Positions 56,461 through 64,000 of a stretch of 64,000 bases of DNA are shown piece by piece. The translations under genes and the position numbers were made by a program. Positions within the stretch are counted from its first letter, which is position 1; each line of letters starts with the position of its first letter. The notes under the pieces are model-generated. The model had not been told where the DNA came from. It searched no databases and worked only from the letters and a program-made list of their open reading frames with translations. The DNA comes from an uncultured archaeon (lineage in GTDB: Archaea; Asgardarchaeota; Thorarchaeia; Thorarchaeales; Thorarchaeaceae), in the NCBI GenBank assembly GCA_964631415.1, contig CAZVZC010000001.1, positions 36,638-100,637 on the forward strand, read 5' to 3'.

Positions 56461-57009
56461 CTAGAGTGCCTCGGGGGTTTCCTCTCCTTCTTGGTCCCCA
56501 GAAAGAATACGCTTCAGTTGGAATTTCAGCTGTGCCTTGAGTCTGACCTTGTCTGAATCAAGGCCAAAGTAGTCAGAGAAGAGCTGAGTTGTCGTGAGCA
56601 TCTTGCTCCGGCCCTCTGCCACAGCATCTACGAACTTCTTCTCCTCGAGTTCCTTCACATGATCATAGACATGAGTGCCCCTCTGGGCAACAAGGTCCGA
56701 CTGTAAGATAGGCTGTTTGAGGGCAATGTACACCAAGGTCTGAAGAGTGCCAAATGAGAGGAGTCCACCAGGTATCAGTCTTCCTACCCGAGTGGTCAGT
56801 TCGGGTTTGAGCTGCAACACATACCTGTCCCTCGGCAAGTCCACAACCTCCAATGCCCCACCGCGCTGGTGATACTCGAAGTTCAGGTCATCCAGAAGCT
56901 TCTTTGCGGTAGACTCTGCCTTTCCAATAATGTCTGCCAGCTCCTGCAGTGTCATTGGTCTGCCCGCTACATAGAGCGCCGCCTCGAGTGTCACTAGGTC
57001 GTCATTCAA
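56461..57009 (-). CDS. scpB: Segregation and condensation protein B
   Basis: LEAALY, TLVYIALKQPI, RG, GRS...TT..F.DYFGL; TTG start 57009 after GGTGA. Confidence 0.93.
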   Translation of the reverse strand: MNDDLVTLEAALYVAGRPMTLQELADIIGKAESTAKKLLDDLNFEYHQRGGALEVVDLPRDRYVLQLKPELTTRVGRLIPGGLLSFGTLQTLVYIALKQPILQSDLVAQRGTHVYDHVKELEEKKFVDAVAEGRSKMLTTTQLFSDYFGLDSDKVRLKAQLKFQLKRILSGDQEGEETPEAL

Positions 57010-57014
57010 GCATA

Positions 57015-57734
57015 TCACCTAGCCCTCACATGCGGCTTGACCCCTTCTGAGGGCTTCTCCGTTTCTTCGGGCGGAGGCACTAGCTTGACCCATATCACGC
57101 TCTTCTTGTCCATCCAGAGGTCAATGAATGCTCTAGCATAGAGATGCAGCAATGAGAAGAAGATGCGAACTATCTCTCTTCGCGTGTTATTGACCAGTAG
57201 GTCAGTGAACCTGACGACTTCGCCCACTTTGACAATCTTCCAGATGTCCGCATACACCTCAGCGATGGTTTCCTCGATGTTCACCCGGGACGTATCCATG
57301 CTGAAAGATAGGGGTTCTGCCTCTGACCTTCTGTATCGCGACTGAGGAATTGGCCGCTCTCTTATGCCCTTGCTCAGGACTCGGTCCATTGCCATGAGTA
57401 GTTCCTGCAGGGTCACTCTTCTGTTTGTAAGTCTGAAAGGCGGTAGTATCTGGGGGATTGCAAGTTCCTCTTCCTCCTCGTCTACTTCGGGAGGAATCAG
57501 GCCGAGTTCCACGAGGTCTCTGGTCTTCTTCATGAAGATGACTGATGCAGAGTAGAGAGCATTTCCTGAAACTCGGAAGTCAATGTCCCCCATTCTTCTC
57601 ATTTCTTGCAGAAAGCTTGCAACGAGCTTCCCGACATCCACGTTCCAAGGTTCGATGTTGTCCAGCTGAAGGACATCGGTCAGGAGGATGTAGGGTGGCG
57701 AGGCCCAGAAAGGCGTATCATCACTCGTGCTCAC
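57015..57734 (-). CDS. scpA: Segregation and condensation protein A (kleisin)
   Basis: IEPWNVDV, DFRVSGNAL, RRVTLQEL, FFSLLHL; lies between smc and scpB. Confidence 0.9.
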   Translation of the reverse strand: MSTSDDTPFWASPPYILLTDVLQLDNIEPWNVDVGKLVASFLQEMRRMGDIDFRVSGNALYSASVIFMKKTRDLVELGLIPPEVDEEEEELAIPQILPPFRLTNRRVTLQELLMAMDRVLSKGIRERPIPQSRYRRSEAEPLSFSMDTSRVNIEETIAEVYADIWKIVKVGEVVRFTDLLVNNTRREIVRIFFSLLHLYARAFIDLWMDKKSVIWVKLVPPPEETEKPSEGVKPHVRAR

Positions 57735-60700
57735 GCTGACTCAGCCACCTCCTGAAGGTCCACTGAAACTATTCTGGATATGCCATCTTGGTTTGACACA
57801 CCAATGAGCATGTCAGCTTTTCGTACTGTGGTATCCCTGAGCGACACAACTATGAACTGAGAGTTCTTGGACATCTCTGATATCAACAATGCAACGTTGT
57901 GCGCATTGACGTCGTCCAAGGCTGCATCTATCTCATCAAAGACATAGAAGCTTGCGGGGTTGTGCATCTGGATGGCGAAGATCAGTGCCAAGCCGGTGAG
58001 TGTCTTTTCCCCGCCGCTCATCGCATCAAGAGAAACCAGCTCTTTGCCTGCAGGCTTGGACCTGACAGTGATGCCTCCCATCAATGGATGTTCGGCGTTC
58101 TCTAGCATCAGGTTGGCCTCGCCGCCAGGTGATAGCTTGGTAAAAACCTTCGAGAAGTTGTCCGCTATGCTGTTGTATACCTGAAGGAACTTCTGAGTCT
58201 TCTCCTTCTCTAGCTCCTCCATGAAGGACAGTATCTCTTTGTGTTCCTTCTCAAGCTGTGTCTTCTTCTCGACAATTTCGTCGTATCTTCCCTTTTCAGT
58301 GTCATAGTCTGTGAGCGACTTCAAGTTGACTGGACCCATTGCCTCGAGTTCTCTCTCAATCTCTTTGATATTCTCTTCGAGGTCCTCAATTGCTTTGGCA
58401 GTCAGCTCACGTTGTCCTGCTCTCTTCTCAAGCTCTGTTTCCACGTCGGTCACTGCACCAAGCTGAGCAGTTAGTCCGACCAGATCGGTTTCCAGACGTG
58501 AGCGTTCTACTTGGAGCCTGTAGACCGCTTTCTCATTTCCGGTCTGCGACTCCTTGATCTCTTCCTGCTTCAGCCTAAGGTTTCTGATGGTTTCCTTCAG
58601 TTTCAGCTGCCGTACTCGCTTATCCTTGACTGCCGTGTCAATCTGTTCCCTCTCCGACTTCAGTTTGAGAAAATCGCTTTCTTTTGCCCTGAGGTCGGCC
58701 TCAATAGATGTAGCATCCTCTTCCAGACTCGGCAATACTGCCTCCAGTGACGCGATTCGGTGTTCCAGTTCTACTGACTTGGGCAAGTATCTCTCTTGAA
58801 TCGAAACTCTCAGTGCGGAGGTCTCGGTCCGAATCCTCTCGTGGTTTCGCTTGTGCTGTTCCAGGACCTCCTTCAGATCTCTCAGGTCCTGATTCAGCTT
58901 GGCCGTACCTGACTTTGCCAGTATTTCGTTGCACTGGTCTCTCTGTTCTCTGACTCTCTCTCTCTGAGCAGTGAGCTCCTCATCTCGAGTCCTGAGCTCA
59001 GATATCTGTCGCTCCAGTTCCTCAATCGTGACTCTTGCCTTGTCTATCTTCTCTTTCAGTTTCTGTGCTTTTTGCTCCCTGTCCCTGAGTTTCTCCTCCA
59101 AGCCCTTCAGTTCCAGCCCGTCCCTGTAATTCCGCTTAGAAATTTCTTCAATCTCACGGTCAAGTGCCTTTTTCCTGCCCAAGAACTCCTCCTGCTGTTC
59201 TTGCAGCTCAGACAGGATGTCCTCAAGGCCCTTGAGGCGTGAAATCACGTCTGGGCTCGTGTCCTCCTCTTGAAGTGAGAGACCCGTTGAATCTCTATGG
59301 AAGTGTCCTCCAGTGATCAGCCCCGAGCGTTCTACCAAGTCACCCTCCAACGAAACCGCTCTACAGTTGTCGAAACCCATGGCCTTTGCGGTATCGAAGT
59401 CCTTAGTCACAAGTGTGTCCGAGAATACGAATTCAAAGGCAGGACGCATCTTTGGGTCAAAGGTCACAAGGTCCAGTGCATAGCCTATCACACCCTCTTT
59501 CTGTGGCTTCCGACTCGGTCTTCGTGTCTTTATCCTGTTGAGTGGGATGAACGAGGCCCGTCCTACTCGCTCTTTCTTAAGCACATCAATACATCGAGTG
59601 GCCACATCCTCATTCTTTACGACTATGTGGGACAGCCTGTTACCCGCCGCCACTTGCATGGCTGTAGCATAGTCGGGGTCTATTACTCCCAGTTCTGCTA
59701 CTGTACCGTAGACCCCGTCAATCTCTCCCTTGTCACGTAGTTCAAGCACTCTGGCCAAGGCTCTCCGGCGTTTCAAGAACGCCTCTTCGGCCTCTCTCAA
59801 TGCATCCTGACGAGCCTGCAGCTTAATGAGTTCTTCCTTTGTCGAGGTAACGAGCTTGCTGCTCTCACTCACCTGCGCGTCCACTGTGGTAAGTTGCCTC
59901 TCAGTGTCCTCAAGTTCCTGCCGCCTTGCCACTTCGGACTCCTGTAGTCTTTGAAGGGCTGTAGTCTTTGCCGGAACGATGGAGCCGAGTTCTGACAGTT
60001 CCTCGTCTGTCTTCTTCAGGGAATCCTCAGCATCGCGTAACTCCTCATATGTGAGCCCCAGTTCCTTACTATCTGATTTGATGGTAGACCTGATTTCAGT
60101 CACACCCTCATCGAGGTGCGCCATCTGTGTGTTGAGGTCCTGAAGCCTTAGAGTGGCTTCATAGTATGCAGACTGCTCTCTTTCAAGAAGACCATCGAGT
60201 CGTGCGATGTCAGTTGAACATCCTAGGATCTCCTTGTCAAGACTCTCAAGACCGAGCTCCTTCTCCTTGATTGCATACTCCGCAGCGGTCATCTGGTCTT
60301 TCGTGGAACCTAGTTGCTTCTCAAGTGTGTCCCGTTCTTGTCTGGTTCTGTCATAATCACTCTTCGCACGATCCAGTTTGCTCCGGAAGTGTTCAACTTC
60401 TGCAGTCATGGTACCATACTGCTCAGAAACCCTTGAGGCGTTTCCACCGGTTATCAGGTCAATCTCCTGTTCTATCTCTTCAATCTCAGACTCGGTCTTG
60501 GCCATGTCTGCTTCGACCTTGGTCAGCTGCTTGGCAAACCTCTCAGCGTCTGCGGCTCGATCCGCAAGTGTTTCGTCTATCGTACTCGTCCGGTTCTTGG
60601 ACTTGATGACTGTCCAAGTCACGCTCTCGATCTTGGTCTGCTGTATCTGATCACGTAGACCCGTGTAGCGGAGGGCGTCCTTCCTTTCTGCTTCCAGCCG

Positions 60701-61321
60701 CTCCAGCTGGTGACGACGTTCTTGGAGCTGCGTTTCGACCTTGCCTAGGTTGGTTTCACTCTCTGCGAGCTTCTTGAGCGCCTTCTCTTTCTGCTCGTCA
60801 TAGGCTGATATGCCTGCAATCTCCTCAATGAGCTTCCGTCGTTCGATCGGGCTGACTTTGACCATCTGGGCAATCTCGCCTTGGAGTACAAGATTGTAGC
60901 CATTTGGGTCAACGCCTATGCCGCCGAGGATATCTATCACGGCCGCACGGGTGACCATCTTGCCGTTTATCCTGCAGACTGACTTACCAGACTCGTCCAG
61001 CTCTCTCTCAACAACGACTCTGTCGGCATCGATTTGCAGTTTTCTGTCCCTGTTGTTGAAGCAAAGCTCTACAACGGCCGACTTGGCCTTTGGAGGCATG
61101 TCTGGCTTGGGAGGACTATAGAGCAGCTCCGAGAAGACATTCGCACGCAATGTCTTGGCACTCAGCTGCCCAAGCACAAAGAGAATCGCATCAATGACAT
61201 TAGACTTGCCTGACCCGTTCGGCCCGACGATACAGGTGAAGCCAGGACTGAGGTTAATCGTGACGGTGTCCCGGCCAAATGACTTGAAGCCTTTGCATAC
61301 TAGCTTCTCGATGTGGACCAA
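57731..61321 (-). CDS. smc: Chromosome segregation protein SMC
   Basis: GFKSF, GPNGSGKSN, LQG Q-loop, hinge (GVYGTV, GRASFIPL, GLITGG), MSGGEK, FDEIDAALD. Confidence 0.97.
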   Translation of the reverse strand: MVHIEKLVCKGFKSFGRDTVTINLSPGFTCIVGPNGSGKSNVIDAILFVLGQLSAKTLRANVFSELLYSPPKPDMPPKAKSAVVELCFNNRDRKLQIDADRVVVERELDESGKSVCRINGKMVTRAAVIDILGGIGVDPNGYNLVLQGEIAQMVKVSPIERRKLIEEIAGISAYDEQKEKALKKLAESETNLGKVETQLQERRHQLERLEAERKDALRYTGLRDQIQQTKIESVTWTVIKSKNRTSTIDETLADRAADAERFAKQLTKVEADMAKTESEIEEIEQEIDLITGGNASRVSEQYGTMTAEVEHFRSKLDRAKSDYDRTRQERDTLEKQLGSTKDQMTAAEYAIKEKELGLESLDKEILGCSTDIARLDGLLEREQSAYYEATLRLQDLNTQMAHLDEGVTEIRSTIKSDSKELGLTYEELRDAEDSLKKTDEELSELGSIVPAKTTALQRLQESEVARRQELEDTERQLTTVDAQVSESSKLVTSTKEELIKLQARQDALREAEEAFLKRRRALARVLELRDKGEIDGVYGTVAELGVIDPDYATAMQVAAGNRLSHIVVKNEDVATRCIDVLKKERVGRASFIPLNRIKTRRPSRKPQKEGVIGYALDLVTFDPKMRPAFEFVFSDTLVTKDFDTAKAMGFDNCRAVSLEGDLVERSGLITGGHFHRDSTGLSLQEEDTSPDVISRLKGLEDILSELQEQQEEFLGRKKALDREIEEISKRNYRDGLELKGLEEKLRDREQKAQKLKEKIDKARVTIEELERQISELRTRDEELTAQRERVREQRDQCNEILAKSGTAKLNQDLRDLKEVLEQHKRNHERIRTETSALRVSIQERYLPKSVELEHRIASLEAVLPSLEEDATSIEADLRAKESDFLKLKSEREQIDTAVKDKRVRQLKLKETIRNLRLKQEEIKESQTGNEKAVYRLQVERSRLETDLVGLTAQLGAVTDVETELEKRAGQRELTAKAIEDLEENIKEIERELEAMGPVNLKSLTDYDTEKGRYDEIVEKKTQLEKEHKEILSFMEELEKEKTQKFLQVYNSIADNFSKVFTKLSPGGEANLMLENAEHPLMGGITVRSKPAGKELVSLDAMSGGEKTLTGLALIFAIQMHNPASFYVFDEIDAALDDVNAHNVALLISEMSKNSQFIVVSLRDTTVRKADMLIGVSNQDGISRIVSVDLQEVAESA

Positions 61322-61387
61322 GGCACCATCCCTTCCGGCTCCCTAGATGGCCAGTTCTCGACAGAGGCGTGTCTGACTATTATCTGG

Positions 61388-61455
61388 GGAATACAGGACC
61401 CTAAATACGGTTGGTATGACGGTGGTAATACCATGAGTAATACCCAGGTATTCCC
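61388..61455. repeat. Phased array of GTAWTAC-like heptamers upstream of smc
   Basis: GGAATAC 61388, TAAATAC 61402, GTATGAC 61414, GTAATAC 61425, GTAATAC 61437, GTATTCC 61448; palindrome TGGTA-A-TACCA at 61423-61433. Confidence 0.55.
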
Positions 61456-61515
61456 ATCTGGGCGAACGCGCTTGCATAAAGCTACAAAAAGATAGCTCTG
61501 AAACCTACCTTCGCA

Positions 61516-61884
61516 CTATGACTTGACCATCAACATGAGCGCGCGCTTGAGCGCGATTCTGAGAAGGCCCATTGACTCTTTCGCGCCTTCTCCGGCGATT
61601 GCAGCAAGGACGAGTTGGACATCACCCAAGACTATGACATATCCCTTGTCCGACGCTATACTAATCTCCTTTAGAATGCCCTTGTCAACCGCCGTGACTA
61701 GTTGCGACGAGTTCGCAGATATCTTGGCGATTAATGCTGCAACGTCTGTGTGTTTGATTCCAGCCGTAACGGTGTGACCGAACAACACCTTGCCCTTATC
61801 ATCACAAACCACAATGCCCTGTATGTCAGCATTTGCCGCCATGGTCTGTGCCACGACTGACTCTATCTTGGCCTTGTCCACCAT
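61516..61884 (-). CDS. Roadblock/LC7 domain protein
   Basis: IQGIVVCDDKGKVL, helix, LKEISIASDKGYVIV, MGLLRIAL pattern; start ATG 61884. Confidence 0.85.
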   Translation of the reverse strand: MVDKAKIESVVAQTMAANADIQGIVVCDDKGKVLFGHTVTAGIKHTDVAALIAKISANSSQLVTAVDKGILKEISIASDKGYVIVLGDVQLVLAAIAGEGAKESMGLLRIALKRALMLMVKS

Positions 61885-62201
61885 CGTGACAGTCCTCCGA
61901 AGATTTTCACCCGCTGTCATCATGTAGAGGTCTCTGAGATGTTTATATCTTCTGTGCTGACATCTCGCTATGACAGAGTTATCCTCACACTCCACTTATG
62001 ACGATGCTACGACCGTTCAGTGTGAGTTGGATGAAGTCGGACACAGGAGTTTTTCCATCCAGAGCCGGCACTTCGGCTGTACATCCTACTTGCCTGTTAA
62101 GTCCGTGGTTCCTCAGTGTACAGAAGCGGAAACATCAGCAATTGACTTAAAGCACAATGGGCCGCATCTGATTAGTGATAGTCTTCTGAGGGATAGTATC
62201 G

Positions 62202-63827
62202 ATGCCCATGCTTAGAACCAGTTCAGAGGCCTTTCCAGCCTCGAAAGACATGATCAGTGAAATTCCATATGTCCTGCGTGTTGAGTTTAGAGACCTCGCA
62301 CGCGACGTAACAAGAATCACAGGAATGCCAATCGCATGCCACAAATGTAACGGCTTTCTGATGAGCGTCGACCAGATTGTTGAGGACAGGAAGATCGGGA
62401 AGCACTTTGTCTGCCCCTTCTGTGGCACCTTGAATGTGATTGCAGGTGAAGTGGTCTTTGCCGGCTCAGACACGGATTTCGTCATCAAGCCAGCTCCCGA
62501 CAAGACCGAAACCACTACAGTCGCGTCTGCTGGCGGTAGGTCATTCTTGGCCGTGATTGATGTATCCGGCTCAATGGCTGGGGCCAATCTGGCAGCAGTG
62601 AAGAGGAGTCTGACCACCTCTGTTGAGAGCCTAGTCGCGAACACTCCCGATACGCTCTTCGGGTTGATCGAGTTTGAGAGTTCTGTTCTGTTTCGCAATA
62701 TGGAAACGGGCGAAGCCGTGCAGCTTCCAAGAGAGTCCTTTGCGAGCTTCGAGGCTATCACTGAAGCCGCACGAAAACTCATGGACAGAATCAAGCTTGT
62801 CAAGGTGGGTGGAAATGCTGGCACTCTAAAGCGTCACATCAATGCCCTGAGAGAGCAGGGTGGGACCGCTCTTGGCCCTGCGGTAGCCATGGCGTGTATG
62901 ATTGCCAAGCACCGAGGTGTAGGCAGGGTGATTCTTCTTACTGACGGACTTGCGAACGAAGGCATTGGCGCTCTTGAGGGCTACCAAGTCACTCCTGGAA
63001 ACAAGTACTATGAAGACCTAGGACGTCTGTTCAAAGACAATGGCACAGCGATCGATGTAGTTGGAATCGCCACTGGTGCAGGAATGGAGCTGAGAACACT
63101 GGGCCTGATGCCAGAGGCCACCGGTGGCCAGATGTACTATGTCACGCCAAATGAACTCGACAAGAGCCTGTCAGAGCTAGCGGGAGCATCGCTGCTCGGT
63201 CGCGATGTTCAAGTCCGACTTCTTACTCCGGTAGGCGTGAAGGTCAAGGACGCTTCAGGAATATCAAGGGCCGTTGTGGAAGAACTCAGGACGAAGAGCG
63301 AGAGCAAGATAGGGGTCGTGGGTGAGAATCACGAGCTCTATTTTGAGGTGGAGCCCGAGAGCAAGCTCAAAGCCAAGGAAGTCCCCATCCAAGTGCAGGT
63401 GGAGTACACTGACCAAGATGGGTCCAGACGGATGCGTACTTTCACCAAGAAGCTGCGGGTCACTTCAGATGAGAAGGAGCTCGTGAAGACAATGGACCCG
63501 ACCATCGGCGCCACTTTCGTTGTTCAGAAGGCTGGAGAGGAGGCCCTAGGCGGCGGTCGTGCCGCCGGCATGACTCGGATTGCCAGTTTCAGGGCTGCAA
63601 TGAAGGAGAAGGCCAAGGCCGCACCGGCGCCAGTACAGGCGAAGCTGCAGAGGGCCGATGATGCGCTTGCCTCCGAAGAGGAGAACATGGAACGCCAGGA
63701 AGCAGCAGTGGGCGGTGCGCGACCGGGGGCACCATCAGCCGCAGCCGATCAAGCAGTCACCGAGAACTTGGCCCAAATGAGAAAAGCGTCCAAGGCGCTC
63801 TTTCACGACGAAGAGGATGAGAAGTAG
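62202..63827 (+). CDS. Sec23/Sec24-like protein: Zn finger, vWA trunk and beta-sandwich
   Basis: PIACHKCNGFL...FVCPFCGTLN Zn finger; DVSGS MIDAS, GGTALGPA, LLTDGLANEG.G, TGG; IQVQVEYT..DGSRRMR. Confidence 0.8.
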   Translation: MPMLRTSSEAFPASKDMISEIPYVLRVEFRDLARDVTRITGMPIACHKCNGFLMSVDQIVEDRKIGKHFVCPFCGTLNVIAGEVVFAGSDTDFVIKPAPDKTETTTVASAGGRSFLAVIDVSGSMAGANLAAVKRSLTTSVESLVANTPDTLFGLIEFESSVLFRNMETGEAVQLPRESFASFEAITEAARKLMDRIKLVKVGGNAGTLKRHINALREQGGTALGPAVAMACMIAKHRGVGRVILLTDGLANEGIGALEGYQVTPGNKYYEDLGRLFKDNGTAIDVVGIATGAGMELRTLGLMPEATGGQMYYVTPNELDKSLSELAGASLLGRDVQVRLLTPVGVKVKDASGISRAVVEELRTKSESKIGVVGENHELYFEVEPESKLKAKEVPIQVQVEYTDQDGSRRMRTFTKKLRVTSDEKELVKTMDPTIGATFVVQKAGEEALGGGRAAGMTRIASFRAAMKEKAKAAPAPVQAKLQRADDALASEEENMERQEAAVGGARPGAPSAAADQAVTENLAQMRKASKALFHDEEDEK

Positions 63828-64000
63828 ATTCCGAATGAGTCCTCTCTTTCAGAGAACCGCGCACTTCATCGCGAGATGGGTTTGTCCGGATCCGTGAGGT
63901 GTGCGGCCCCTCTTGCCAGCCAGAACATTGGCGCGGTCCGTTATCAGAATGCGCAATTGGTCCGTTGAGAAGACCCTGTTGCCACAAGTCTCAAATACCC

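Noticed and set aside
1-64000. Selenoproteins/SECIS, CRISPR arrays, IS elements, rRNA
   Set aside because: No in-frame TGA at a conserved Cys position, no spaced repeat array, no transposase and no rRNA-like segment was seen.

Overview
Gene-dense archaeal chromosomal segment with no mobile elements, CRISPR array or rRNA. It is most likely from an Asgard archaeon (Thorarchaeia-like). This is inferred from the co-occurrence of a eukaryote-like STT3, a DC2/OST3-6-like protein, an EMC6-like protein, a Vps29-like phosphoesterase, a PAC4-like chaperone, a roadblock protein and a Sec23/24-like Zn-finger/vWA protein. Content: XPD helicase, topoisomerase IA, a pterin/folate and C1 cluster (mptE, folP fused to a putative dihydropteroate reductase, gcvT, gcvH, glyA), the rpL44e-rpS27e-aIF2alpha-nop10 operon, Sec61beta, tRNA modification genes (trm5, taw1), translin and endonuclease V, a non-catalytic proteasome beta subunit, proS, a MutS5-like ATPase, nadM, nadC, pyrC, RqcH, fumarase plus TfrAB-type soluble fumarate reductase, hypA, hypE, smc-scpAB, and four tRNAs that all carry introns (five introns, three at non-canonical positions). 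Top leads: (1) two consecutive genes that apparently start at CUG, topA and a hidden 76-aa Zn-finger gene missing from the ORF track; (2) an STT3 + DC2 + Sec61beta neighbourhood resembling the eukaryotic co-translational N-glycosylation module; (3) FolP with a C-terminally placed dihydropteroate-reductase-like domain; (4) an endonuclease V with a catalytic Asp-to-Asn change coupled to an intact translin; (5) structured or periodic non-coding elements upstream of the Lrp-KaiC pair and of smc. All family assignments come from motif recognition by eye; no database searches were run.
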